Shown: positions 12,326-25,640 of the stretch, piece after piece
How the letters are laid out: every line of letters begins with the position of its first letter
How positions within the stretch are numbered: the first letter of the stretch is position 1
DNA from: Lama glama
Taxonomy: Eukaryota
Reading direction: 5' to 3'
DNA length: 64,000 nt
Assembly: GCA_028534125.1 (NCBI GenBank)
Contig: CM052816.1
Location: 91,762,001-91,826,000 of the forward strand
Position numbers and translations under genes: made by a program
Notes under the pieces: model-generated
Database searches by the model: none
Told to the model about the DNA's origin: nothing
Seen by the model: the letters and a program-made list of their open reading frames with translations, nothing else

Positions 12326-14101
12326 AAAATGATGCACTAATAGGGCATCCTAGTACATTTTCAGAAATCCACACCTTTGGCTCAAAAGCACTGACATAGA
12401 TTAAAGCTTGCTCACACTCATGATGGCAATGGGCTTGTGCAAATTTTTACTCAGCACAAATTACCTGTCCAGTTATTTCTGGCTGACATCTCATCTTTAC
12501 AGCTGTTTTCCTCTACTTTTGATATGTTAATTGGAAGTCTACTGAAATCTGAACACAACCAGTAAAATACCATGTGATCTATTTAAGCCTGGTTCTTTCC
12601 TCTCTATTTGACCATAGGTTAGGAAGATGAAACTAGCCAATTTCTGACTTCGATAGTATTTATCCCCTGGAATAGCTAACTGGTACAGTTGTTCAGGTTG
12701 TGTATTGCACAAAGTCACTAAATCTAAGGAGTTATAATTCACATCTCAGCCATCTGTTTTTTATTATAACTTCATCACCTCCAGTGATGAGTGTTTATTT
12801 ATTAGAACAATTTTCCAAAAGATGGCAGTGATATTTCTTTTTTAATGAACTTAATGCTTAGAATAATTTTCTAACAACTAGAAATAAAATGTCTCAGGAA
12901 GAATTACCTTTTTCAAATGTACCTAAAGACATCATGTAGCAGCAGCCTTGTCCTCATTTGCCTCAGTAGTTTGCAGAAGTGAATATCCAAAGTACTGTAC
13001 AAAATTGCATGTAATTGTGAGTGGACACTTGTTCCATAGACAAACGAAGGTTCAATTAAAACTTGTTTCTAACACCTATTAGAAATTTTATACAGAAATC
13101 TATATTGAGTTATCTACCCTTCTGCTTCACCAAACATTCAGTAAGGAGTTTTGACCATATGTTTATTGCACAAAAATAAACTTTCTTCCTTTGTCTCTCA
13201 ATTCCATAAATGATGCAAATGTGTATTTTTATTCCATTTTCAGTGTTATCATCATCTCACTTTTTTCTCATGATTGAATTGTTAGATGTGGCTGATGAAC
13301 TCTTATTCTATGGAACAGTACATAGTCTTCAAGACTTTGCCAAAAACAGGAGCCAGCAAGCTGTTACTAACTAAAAGTTTCATTCAATGCTCAGGTATCC
13401 AAGAGATACTGGCACTCCAGTATTTATTACTCTTTTTAAGGAAAAAAAATATAATTTTCCACAATTATATTCAGGAAATATGTTTTAGCTTAGGTATTTG
13501 AGTGTGAGAGGGATAAAATTCTGAAAAAAATGAAATCAGTGCAGTATCTTATGGATGTGTATATTTTCCAGTCTTAATTAATGTATAGACAATCCCCTAG
13601 CAAAGTCTTCAGAATGATGTGTAATTCATTCAAAAAACAAGCTGGAAAACCATAATTAAGAATTGTAATCACATCTAAATTAAGGATGTGAAGAAGCAAT
13701 GCCCTGGGCTACAATCCATAGTAGTCCAGTCACTGTTAACTTCAGTTTTAAGACAGGGTATTTTCTCAACATTTAGTAAAATCAATTGAGGTTTTTCTTT
13801 GATCTTGTCTTTCAGTGAAGGCTGATGAAAAAATAACCAACATTTTCAATTAACTTGATCCAAAATAATTCAGTTTCTGTAAACAGGTTAGTAGGTAGCC
13901 ATATATATATATGGTTAGTAGGTAGCCTATATATATATATATTGTAGCTGCCTGTCAGATGTTGGTCAGAAAACTAGAGTCCAGGAATTGGTCAAAAATA
14001 TTTTGGATGGTCAACTGTATGGTAACAAAGAATCTGAAGAAAAGAAAAGTAGAAGACCCTGCCCCACCCCAATTTTCTCAATTCATAAAAAATGAGGACT
14101 T

Positions 14102-14260
14102 TTAGGATAACTTTAAATGGAGTATAAGCTATAAAAATATTGAATCACTACGTTGTACACCTGAAACTAATATAATATTGTAAATCAATCATTTGATTTA
14201 AAAAAGGCAAAAATAGTTAAGGTAGAAGAACAAAAATTTTAAATCTCAGGTTAAAAAAAG
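14102..14260 (+). mobile_element. Very short L1 3' end with extra 3' sequence, bounded by a TSD
   Basis: 'ttgaatcactacgttgtacacctgaaactaatataatattgtaaatcaa'; TSD ATGAGGACTT at 14092-14101 and 14261-14270. Confidence 0.85.
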
Positions 14261-15164
14261 ATGAGGACTTACAAGTTCAAAGCCATTTGCATCTGCTTGA
14301 TGTCATGTGATATCCAAATGTCCTTTTGTTCTTTGATATTAATACACTCATAGAAAGAGTTCAATTCCTCTCCTCTCCAAACAGTGGCTGGTTTCACAAG
14401 ATGAATAACTCACATACATCATCTTGAAGTTGTCTATCAATATCAACTATTGAGGTATATTCTCATAAGGAAACTAGATTTTTGTTGGTCTATATCTTGC
14501 CTCTTTTCTGGGCTGAAGAATCAGGAATCTGAACACCAGTATCACTGAAATCCAAGCAAAGTCTTTCTGATTTCCATCCTGTCAGCTCAAGAGCAATGCA
14601 TCCATGCTTTATTTATCCTTGGAGAAGATTAATTTAATTTTGATTTCCTCACCCCGTATTTGCTTTGGAGCTTTTCACATGATGTTGCTGAAACTGACTA
14701 GAACTTGGCAGCGAGAAGGCTATAAAGTGATGTGTATCCCTTCAGTCTCCCTCAGCCAGCTTGGCGAGACTGTCAATGGAGGCAGGAGGACAGCTTCATC
14801 GCCCACATAGGAGCAGAAGACCAAGGGAGAACAAAGTCACCCATTTTTGACCAAAACATTGCAGAAAGGTTGTCACACTTAATGTTCCAGATCAATGGTG
14901 CCCTCCACACTATCACCTTTCTGAGGACATGAAGCCAAAGAGAGAAGGGGTTTAGGTCAATAGACCAGACGAGGAGTAAAAATTCAGGATTTGCTACTGT
15001 CCTCTTCTTTCTTCCCTATTAAAAAAAATCGTTGGCCAGAGTGGTAGCTCAGAAACTAAATCCACATGGTGGTCTGAGACATATATGCTGAAATATGCTG
15101 TTACACTAAAAAATTTTGTTCCTGACTTTGATCGATGACTTTTAATAAAGTCTCCCAAACTAGC

Positions 15165-15900
15165 TTGTTTCTGCACCTTGGCCATTGTGAATAATGCTGC
15201 AATGAACAGAGGAATGCAAATATCTCTTCAAGATTCAGATTTCAATTCTTTTGGATAAATATCCAAAGTGGGATCGCTGGTATTTCATATGGTATTTCTA
15301 TTTTTAATTTTTTCAGGAATTTCCATACCATTTTTCACAGCAGCTGCACCATTTTACATTCTCACTAACAGTGAATGAAGATTCCAATTTCTCCACATCC
15401 TCACCAATATTTCTCTTTTTTAAATAAGAGCCATCCTAACAGGTGTGAAGGGTTATCTCATTTGTGGTTTTAATTTGCATTCCCTGGATAAACAGATTAA
15501 AAACTGTGATATATATACACACAATGGAGTATTATTTAGTCTTAAAAAAAGAAAGAAGTCCCATCGTATGTGTTAACATGCATGAATCTTAAGGACATGA
15601 TGCTAAATGAAATGAGCCAGTCACAGAAATACAAATACTGTATGATTACACTTACATGAGATATCATACGAGTCAAACACACAGAAGCAGAGAGTAGAAT
15701 GGTGATTATCAGGAGGTGGGGGGAAGTTGGGGAATTGTTAGTCAAAAGGTATAATAGAGTTTCAGTTACATAAAATCAACAAATTCTGAAGATCTGCTGT
15801 ACAACATAGAGCTTACAGTTAACAGTACCGTATTGTACACTTAAAATTTTGTTAAGAGGATAGATCCCATGTTAAGTCTTCTTACCATAATAAAGAAATT
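15165..15900 (+). mobile_element. Old L1 (L1MA/L1MB-like) with 5' inversion
   Basis: Antisense ORF2-end segment ~15165-15485 joined to a sense segment ~15486-15900 ending 'cttcttaccataataaagaaa'. Confidence 0.88.
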
Positions 15901-17349
15901 TCTTCCTAAACTTAAAAAAGAACTCATTGAGAAACAGATAAGAATTAAAGCTCATACCTTTAAAACTAGCTATTGACCCATTCTAAATCTCTCCCATCTA
16001 GAAATTTCTTGAGGACAGTAATTATACTTTATAACCATTAATCTACTTCAAAAACAATCCCATGGTACTGATGAGCTATAAATCTTACTTACTAATATTG
16101 ATGATGATAAGGAAAATGATGACAATTTAGCCAACATGAAAGAAGTATTTTATATTTTCATTTTTACCACAAGAATTTAACATGGGCATTAAAAAGTGCT
16201 GCTTTTAAAGTTAAGGACCACATTTAATTTGTGGCTTTGCAATAGAAGAATATAAAATGGCAGGTGTGGAGTGCTAGACCAGGGATCGCCCAGGTAGTGC
16301 ACTTAATGACAAGCTGCTTCCACTGCCGTCAGGATTTATCATGTGGAACATTTGCTTGGAGGCCAGTTCATGAGCTTTCTCCTAGCTGAAAAGCATTTGT
16401 TTCATCTTCTGTTTCAAATGCTGAAACAAGTGTTTTCCTTGGCCAACCCCTCCTGGAGAGCAGTGCCCTATAGCACGGTGACCTATGGTTCTACTTCTGT
16501 AATTGGAGCCTTAAGCAAGAAGCCTTCGCAACACACAGGTGAGCTCTTTCATGGAAAATCACAGATGATGAAACATTTCACTGAGTTACAGTGTTTTCAA
16601 CTTCATAGGAAATATTCTCAGTAAAACTGTCTGAGATTGACACTAAGAATCAGAAAAATTGTTCTGAAAAGCTTGAGTAAGATTTTTAAAAAACACAAAA
16701 CCAAAAACCTTTGCTGTTGTTTTCTAAACACATAACCATATTTTTCTGCTTCTCAAATTACAAAGTCTACTGAAAAGCTTGGCATCAATTATCTTACTGC
16801 ATTTTAAGGATCAAAAAGGAGGGTCAAGAAAGGATTTTAGTTCAATCAGATATGAGAATAGAAAAGTGAAAAAGAAAAAAGTCTCAAAGTCTTCCCTAGC
16901 TCACTTGCAAACCAACTCATTACTTAAAGAACGTTTGTAAAGATGATTTAGTATCACAGAAATTCAGAGCTGGAAAGTACCTCCAAGATTGTTTCAGTCT
17001 TATTTTAAGGATGGGCAACCTGGGACTCAAGTTAGATGCCATGTTGAAGATTAATTAGAGAAATGAGAGATCTCAGATCTCCCAAATTAGTGCTCTCCGC
17101 CTACACAATACAGGGGGAAAACATTAGCATAGTTAAAAGTGTAACCTCGACACAATCACAGCACAACACATTATAGACATTCAAAGGCTGTGCATGTAGC
17201 CATTACACACTGATTTCCTGCTCTGGTAGGCACTAGGGATGCAAATATGAAGAAGGGTTAATTATTTAAAACTGTGATAGGGAAGAGAATCAAGGAAGCC
17301 AAGGATCGTCAGCACCTGAAAGCGGCACTCTAAAGTGAGTTATGTTCAG

Positions 17350-17501
17350 ATCTTGTAGTAGCTCATGGTGAAAAAGAATATGAAAACGAATCTATCTAGA
17401 TTCACATACAACTGAAAAACTGTGCTGTACACCAGAAATAGACACAGCATTGTAAAATGACTAACCCAATAAAAAAAATTAAAAAAGAAAGAAAGAAAAA
17501 A
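17350..17501 (+). mobile_element. Short camelid-type L1 3' end with A-rich tail
   Basis: 'gtgaaaaagaatatgaaaacgaa...tgtgctgtacaccagaaat'; 18-bp TSD aaagtgagttatgttcag (17332-17349) / aaagtgaattacgttcag (17502-17519). Confidence 0.92.
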
Positions 17502-17852
17502 AAAGTGAATTACGTTCAGTAAGTGAATATTCTATTCATCAAAGAAGAGCTGAAAATAGATTCCTGAGTGCTGCTTTGGGATTGCCAGAGAAGACTTGTC
17601 TGAAGCAGGGATTCCCTGAGTTGTATCTTAAAGGATGAGTAGAAGTTTGCTTAGGGCTTGGGAGGAAAGGATAAACTGAGAAGAAGGATAATCTAGGAAG
17701 ATGGAAACATCATGTGGTCAATCAGCAGGGTCGTCTTTTAGGGGAAGTTAAGTAGGCTGGTAAGGCTAATATGTAATGTACAAAGGACAAAAATAGCAGA
17801 AAATGAATTTCAAAAGCTGTGTGACATGCAAGGTAATGACTATCTTAGAGCC

Positions 17853-18140
17853 CATTGTTTCCCAAAGTGTGTGTCATGGAGCACTAGTCTGAGAAGGTGT
17901 TCTATGTGAAAAAAAAAAACAAAAAAAAACAAAGAAACAAAAGCAACTCATCACCACCCCGGAGAATTCACAACTCTTACTATTATATTTATAGTTTCCT
18001 ATATCCAGCACAGAGAACCATTCTCAACTTATATTTTGCCCAGTTTTGAGACAAAGAACAATTTTTGAGTAATAGTTACATTACATAAATAACAGTAGTT
18101 ATTTAACTGCTACACGGAGCACAGTTGGAGAAAGGTCATT
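17853..18140. mobile_element. hAT-Charlie-type MITE within a degraded L2
   Basis: Termini 'cattgtttcccaaagtgtgtgtcatggagcac' and 'cacggagcacagttggagaaa' are roughly inverted; L2-like purine-rich flanks. Confidence 0.5.
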
Positions 18141-21100
18141 GCATGTAATAAGTCAGTGAAGGGTTTTAAGAAGAATCACTGGCTCCAACATACATCAGAG
18201 AACATGAGATATATTGAGACTTAATAATGAGTGCTACATGGGGCCATTTAATTCCAGATGGGAAGGGCAGATCTAGGAAGTCTGGAAAGAGAGAATATGA
18301 AGATAGTCAATCATATGGAGGATATGATTCATGGAAAGTACAAACAGCCAGCTGGAAGCAGTAGAAATTTTTATGAGGACCCTGTCTTGGTTAGTGTTCC
18401 CCGGTGTTCTTAGCCTTGTGATGCTGCCACCATCCTAGATGCCACTCCATTCTAGTGGCCACGTTCTATCACCTGACAGCCATGAAAATAATAAAGGTAT
18501 GAAACAACCATACATTGCTTCTGTTCGATGCCAAAAAAAAAAAATCTAATCCAAGGCAGGGAGTGAACATTCACATGATAAAATGAATGGTCCTACTGAA
18601 ACCAATCAAAACACACGCAGAAGCCTTCCAACAGTGCCCTTAGTAAGACGGTAGACAGCTCAGGAACCCCAGACTGGGAATTTTATGGGCTGCATGTTAG
18701 TAGGCATTTAATCCAGCAAATCTATGAGCAATAGTGGAAATGTAAGCCCACTGAGAGAAGCAGGGGCAGAGGGTACAACAGGCTTAAGCAACACAGATGG
18801 TTTCCTGCTGCTGACTTCCTCCAAACAGATAACCATACAAAACAAGACCTTCTATTTCAGCTCAGCGAGTAAAGAAGTTTTTTGGATCACTTACATAACT
18901 TAATTGGAATAGTCAATGGAAGCAATTAAATAGACTTCTCAGGCCTTTACAGGCCAACACTTTGATCCCAAATATCCAAAAAAATTGAGATAATATGAGA
19001 TTGTTTTATTTGTTAACATTTCCCAGATAATGAGTTGTATTCTTCCCTATATTAATTTCAGATACTGCTTAATTCAGGAGAAAAACTCGCAAATATAGCG
19101 GTTTTTAATAATCAGGGGGTACAAATATATATCACAAAAATTCTGCTTCTTAAAGTTCAACTATGACAAAAATACTCCAATTAATATGTAAGTAATATTA
19201 ACACTTAATATTTTGAATATAAAGTATATTTTGACTCAATTATTTTTTTCAGGGCGTTAACATCCCATTCCTGGCAGTGCAACTGATGCATTATTCATTT
19301 GATTGCTGATTTATTGCGTGTTCCAAAATAAATGCAGATAATCCATCTGACCCAGTCTGTTGCAGTTCAAGGAGGTCTTGCGGGAAAGTCTTTTGACATC
19401 AGGTTCATTCACGTGGCAAAGACTGGAAACTGACATGGATGCAGTACTGTGAAGTCAAGGGGCCCTTCTAGAAGTCAGTCCTGGAATCCTAATGATCTAT
19501 CTGAAAGAAATGTTGTGATACTCTCAGAGGAAATAAAAACCTTCCTGTTAACTAGGAAAACTTAACTCTTTCTGATAATATGAGGCAACACTAAAATCTC
19601 CCACACATGGCAAAACACCCAAATTACCTGAAGTAATTATCAAGCGCATTTTTGTGGTCAAGAGAGATTAGGTTAAACGTTAACGAAAGGAGAGGGGAGG
19701 AGAAGTCCTGTTAGAGCTCTGAAATCTAATAATCTTGCCCTGCTTGTCTTCTTCGGGTAAAACCCAAAAACTCTTAAGGTGAACTGTGAAATTCCAAACC
19801 ACGTGAGTTTCGCTGATTGGAGTTCCTTCCTCAAGTGATGGGATAGTTCATAGTGTGAACTTCCTTTCCAAACAGAAACCTCAGACTTTCTATGTACAAT
19901 TCAACTGTCTCCAGAGATCTTTCCACAAGTGGATTATTGTTTCAATATTTTCCCTTAATAACTTTGATTTCCTTGCAACAAACTTTTAAGTAGTCAATAG
20001 TTGGATCTGGTCCTTCTTAAAACTTTGCAAGAAACCTCATCCTATATTTATTTGCTTCCATAATGTAAGAGTTGATATCCACTAAAAGAGCTAAACCAAC
20101 GAGAAGCTAAGTAAAGCATTCTATGAGCTACGTGCAGATATTTTGATAGCCCCAACCTCATTTACGGCATCACTGTTGACCCTGGAGTGACCCTAGGCAT
20201 TGAAGTACCACCAGTGCCTACCCTGATCTGCAAGGCTGCTTCTCACAACTCCACTTCAAGCTGAGGAAATGCTAACTCAGAAAGATGCCTGGTATCACAC
20301 AGTTAACAAGCAGTGGAACTCTTTTTGACTAACCAGGACTCATTAAAGCTTATACTTAGATTTCCCCTCTGTAACATCACAGTGCAGTGAGACCGATCTC
20401 CCCAGCACGCCAGACTTATATCCAAATGCATGTTCTCACTTGCAAGGTAATTCACTCAAGGAATTACATGCTTTTCCCGGTATGCGGCCATTGAGTCACA
20501 TATTTTTTTGGACTTCTTCCTTTTGGAATTTCAAAGTTTAAAACATTTAAAACATAAACCTCTGTTCTTTAAAGATGTGTTTACTGAATACTACAAAAAT
20601 AACGAGGAGCCAAGATGTACAAATAAAATGATCAGGCTTGGGGATACAATTAGGGGTCAAAAATGAAATATACCTAAGAGTACCATTAATTTTATTCTGT
20701 GGTGTAGAGTCTAAAGACAATTCCAACGAGACCCAAAATTGTTTAAGCAGAGGTAACATGATGGAATCAGTGCAATTCTTACCAGGTGACTACTCCAAAG
20801 GACAAAATTCATGTTGAAGAATAATGTATGATTAGAAATTTGTTTCTATGTTTTATGATCAATGTTTACCATCAGTATAGTCACTAAGACTCATTCCAAA
20901 AGTTTATTCTGCTAACTAAATGATTAATAGATGACTGTACTTCTAAAGTATTAAAAGTCATCAATGAGAATGAGTATTATTCAGTCAGATTATTTAGCAT
21001 TTTTCTCTAAGTTCAATGAATTTTAAAAGCTCAAGGAAACTCCATTCAATATCCTTTCAGTATTTCTCTCAAGTCATATTTGGATCATCTGGAAAATCTG

Positions 21101-22982
21101 GTAGAACATTCAAAAGAGGCTAAAAATAGCAATCAAATACATTTTCCAAAATAGGAAAAAAAAAAAAAAGGACAGGTAGGTAACTGGCAGGAATTAAATT
21201 TAGGAAAATAAATTACAAAATCAGTTTTGAATTTACAATTTCAGATTTTAAAAGACCTCCTAGAACGTTATTTCCAGCATAAAATCTCTCGATGAAAACA
21301 GAATCATTTTTAGAAACTAAATGAAAACATTGTTAATACATCGAACTTTAAACAGGAGGAAAAAGAAACGTAATACTGGCCAAAAGTGTTTCAACCACAT
21401 AAAACAAACTTTAAGGATATTTCAAAGAGTTAAAGCTCTTTAAAATAATACCTCTTTCAAGTAGTTTAAAGGCATTACTTGCTAATGTTCCTGGAAGAAA
21501 TCCATTTAGAGACATTAAGATGTCTTGAAATATCCCTCTTTGTTGTATTTTTATATAGCTAAGCAATATATATGTAAAGATAACCATGGCTTTCTCTTTC
21601 CCTAAAAGGTAAGAAAAATAGGGGTCCCTGTTATCGACACAACCCAGAGTTTAGTCATGGCATGAATTCAGGTTTTTTTTTCCCCTAAGTTTAAGATCAT
21701 TGGTATAGAAGCTAATATTATTAACATTAGTAGCGCCTACCAACAGGGCTAGTTTCAAACTTTCTATAAACACTTACAGCAAAAGAGACTTCTTTAATAA
21801 GATGCCTTGCTGACTCAAAGCACTCAAAATGCTTTAAAAAGGTTCTATATTTCTCTCTGTACACATCCTCATTAATAGAGCAGACCAGGCCTTCAAAATG
21901 ACCCTAGAAATCAAAGCTGGATATTCATATTGTTGAATGAACCAAGCCATCTAAACATCTTTTTTGTTTCCAATTCAGCATTGAGCTCTCAAATGGACCA
22001 CGCCTAACATAACTGGAACCCATGGCCAGTGATCACAGCTACTCATTTCCTTGGTCACTGAACCTAAAGATGAGTCATCTGGAGGCACAGAGCAGTCAGT
22101 TTCATCTCAAACCCAAAGTCAGAGTCGGGAACCTTTTAATCATGAGTCCTAAAAATTTCAAGTATTCATTAATCCAACCTAATATTTATTTAAAAAGAAA
22201 ATAATTTCTGTTTTTACATTGTACTTCTAACACAGCAGAGGATTAAATTTAAAAATATGGGCAAAACTTTCAGAAAAAATACTGCTGAGTGTGGCATTAT
22301 TGATTTAATTGGAATTGATTGTACTGGAGAAGATGGTATCAGGGTTAGGTGAAATTAAAGAGATTTCGTTAATGAGTTTAGGGAAGAGTATTTGTCCTAG
22401 GAGATCATAGAACCACACTGAAAAGCAGACAAAATAAAAAGCAGAGAGCCACAGAAACTTTGCATTCTTTCCATCACAACAGAAGGGGCAGAGAACACAC
22501 TTGAAATTGTTCAAGTGGAGCAAAGATCCTGCTGAAATTGAACAAAACATGCACCACTCTCAGTAACCTTGACTCTTGGAGGCTCCCTTATCACGATAAT
22601 AAGGAAAGAAGATCTATGCAAATGAAGTAAAACAGTAACTAAAGGAGAATGCAAAGTACTACTTTCCACTCAGCTCTACCTTGGAGTAAGGTCAGAGGGT
22701 AAGTTTGGGGAGAATTACGTATCAGATAAAGGACAGGATAAGAAGGAGCAGGGCTATATATGTACAAAGATGAGGAACTTTTTGGAAATTACAAATAAGT
22801 TGTTTATTCCTTTGACTTTGACTGTGGTCAGGATACATAGTAAACTAAAGATCTGCACTATATGTTGTGTCCACTGACCAGTGGGATGGCTCTGATGCAC
22901 TGAAGGAAATCTTAGAGAAAGTAGTCAGGTGACCTAAAACCTAGCACAAAAACAAATGTGAAAATATGGAGAAGGACTTCTT

Positions 22983-23701
22983 TTTTTTAAGTTACAATGT
23001 GTCAATTTCTGGTGTACAGCACAATGTCCCAGTCATGCATATACACACATATATTCATTTTCAAATTTTTTATTAAAGGTCATTACAAGATATTGAACAT
23101 AATTCCCTGTGCTACACAGAAGAAACTTATTTTTTAATCTATTTTTGTATATAGTGGCTAACATTTGCAAATCTCAAACTCCCAAATTTACCCCTTCCTA
23201 CCCCCTTTCCCTAGTAGCCATAAGATTGTTTACTATGTCTGCGTGAGTTTGTTTGTGTTTTATAGATGAGTTCATAGTGTGCCTTTTCTTTTTTTTAGAT
23301 TTCATATGAGTGATATCAGATGCTATTTTTCTTTCTTTTTCAGGCTTACTTTACTGAGAATGACGATCTCTAGGTCCATCCATGTTGCTGCAAATGGCAT
23401 TGTTTTATTCTTTTTTATGGCTGAGTAGTATTCCGTAGCATAAATATACTTCTTTATTCAGTCACCTGTCCATGGACATTTACATTGCTTCCATGTCTTG
23501 GCTATTGTATATAGTGCTGCTGTGAACCTTGGGGTGCACATACCTTCTTGAATTAGAGTTTCCTCCAGATATATACCCAGAAGTGGGATTGTTGGATCAT
23601 ATGGTAAGTCTATTTTTAGTTTTTTGAGGAATCTCCATACTATTTTCCAAATTGGTTGCACCAAACTACATTCCCACCAGCACTGTAGGAGAGTTCCCTT
23701 T
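22983..23701 (-). mobile_element. 5'-truncated camelid-type L1 (ORF2 C-terminus and 3' UTR)
   Basis: ORF 23458-23664 '[31 protein letters not shown]' is the L1 ORF2p C-terminus; TSD tggagaa(g/a)gacttctt at 22967-22982 / 23702-23717. Confidence 0.96.
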
Positions 23702-23914
23702 TGGAGAAAGACTTCTTAATTTTAAGTGAGAGAGATGTACCAAAGAAACATCCATATGATCAATAGTAAAATCATAAATTTTATCAGTTATTTTTACTTT
23801 CACAGGAAACTTCAACGTAAGTTCTTGGCCTGGTTCAGATGGAATGGTCATGCTTTTAGCTCTTAATGTAGACTGTTAGAGTTGATTGCTCTACTAAATT
23901 AAAATTCAACACAC

Positions 23915-24230
23915 ATATCAATCTACTTAGGCAAAGTTAGCTGCAATAACAAACATGAATAATACAAGCTTACTCGTTGCACTTGCTGTATGTCTACTGC
24001 AGACCATACCCTCATGGCAGTCTCTGTCTGGATGCACTGTGATCTTTGTGGCACAGGGAAAGGAGAACAGACAAACCAAAAGATGTCTGTCTCAAAGTTT
24101 CCACCTGGAAGAAACATCACTTCTACTCAGATTTCATTAGCAGAAGAAATGACGTGGCCAAGCTTGGCACTGATGAAGAGGGATGCATAGTCCTCCCTCA
24201 AGAAGGGGCAGCAAATGCTTTGAAACAATG
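23915..24230 (-). mobile_element. MaLR LTR (MLT1-like), degraded
   Basis: 'ttagctgcaataacaaac', 'catcacttctactcagatttcattagcagaagaaatgacgtggcc'. Confidence 0.65.
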
Positions 24231-24308
24231 ATTTACTACAATATTGAAGTTTATATAAACAAGCCTCCTTTCTTAATCTAAGTTGATATGAATAATGACC
24301 ACTGAATA

Positions 24309-24733
24309 TGTCAGTTTGGGTCCTCTGAGAAATATACAGGATTAGATTTGCAAGTAATTTATTGGGAAATGTACCTGCAAGGAAAAAAGGTGAAAATAGC
24401 TGGAGGATACAGGGAGAGTTGTCAGAACAAGATGCCTGGTGCTTGTGAAGGAGGGATGGGAAGAAGGAAGGTAGAAAGAGTCTTAAACTGCAGTGTAGTG
24501 TAGTTTTTAAAAAGTTTTGGCAAAGCCAAGAGGGAGGAATCAAAGAGCCAAAACAGAGCAGTCCTGTGTCTCACCTGGTATCCCTGTAGGGTCAGTCATT
24601 GGCTGGGAGCAGCCACGGGAAGCAGAGCCTTAGGGTAAGCGCAGTGATGGGTCAGAGCACAGTACTTGGAGCCATCAGTCAATCATGCTTCCCTTAGTAA
24701 GACATCTGAGAATTGCATTTTCCCGGCTACCAT
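24309..24733 (-). mobile_element. ERVL LTR (LTR16A-like)
   Basis: 'gatttgcaagtaatttattggga', 'tcagtcattggctgggagcagcc', end 'cccggctaccaca'. Confidence 0.8.
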
Positions 24734-24949
24734 ATTATGCGTTAAAATTCTACACTTCAGTGCTCTGACAAGTTCCATTCATTTTCTTTAATTCATTGAC
24801 AGAGAGCACTTCATTAACATCTGCTTAATGTGCCAAAACCTGAGCTAGAACATTAGGAGAACAAAGATCTAGATTTTGAAGAGGTCTTTCTCTAGTGTGT
24901 GATGCAGAAATGGCAGTGACAGAAACAACAAGAACAATGTCAATAAAGC

Positions 24950-25100
24950 CTCCATATTTATTGATCCCTTATGCTAAGTAAGATATGGTCCTGAGCATTT
25001 TATATGCATTGTCTCACTTATTCAAGGTAACAAGCCTCAGACGGAGGCTCTTTTATTTTCATCCTTCTTTTACAGATGAGAGAACTGAATGAAGCATAGA
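24950..25100 (-). mobile_element. MIR SINE
   Basis: 'atttattga', 'ttttacagatgagagaactga'. Confidence 0.75.
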
Positions 25101-25229
25101 TATGTCATTTGATATGAAATATAATTGTAGGATACACAAAAGGTTTTGAGTGCATAGCTGAAGAATGACTCTTGAGCTAGTTCTTCAATCTTTTAGAAAT
25201 GAGTTCTGCTACAAATAGTGGAAGTCCTA

Positions 25230-25640
25230 AAATTGCAATATAAATTGGGTACATTGTTGGGCTTTTTAATCATATTAACAGCCAGGAGGTTAGTAGGACA
25301 GGACAGATGGGACCCAAGTTGCTTCTATCTTTCTGCGCTGCCACCCTTCAAATATGACTTTCCACCTCAGGCTCTAAGATGGCTGCTCAAGATCCAGCCA
25401 TCAGTCGACACTAAGAAAGAAAGGATAAAGAAATGGGCATGCTCCTTCCCTTTAATGATCTCCTCCAGAAGGCACATGTGCAATGTCATTTACTGAACAC
25501 TGCGCACAACTCAGTCACATGGTTATACCAAGTTTCTGGAAAATGTATTCTTTAATCCAAGAAAACAGGTTCCCATGAAAACATGCCATAATTTAGAAGT
25601 TCTACCACTAAAGAAGCAGGGGGATGGGCACTGAGAAGTA
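25230..25640 (-). mobile_element. MaLR LTR fragment (MLT1-like)
   Basis: 'aagatggctgct', 'aactcagtcacatgg', 'aaatgtattctttaatc'. Confidence 0.5.

Noticed and set aside
21415..21535. 11-bp inverted repeat flanking a TTCCTGGAA GAS motif
   Set aside because: Short AT-rich match and a single motif, both expected by chance
21559..21608. Plus-strand 50-nt exon candidate (tatag ... AAG|gtaaga)
   Set aside because: Isolated, with no compatible neighbouring exons or recognisable peptide
24127..24543. 138-aa ORF
   Set aside because: It spans two degraded LTRs; chance ORF
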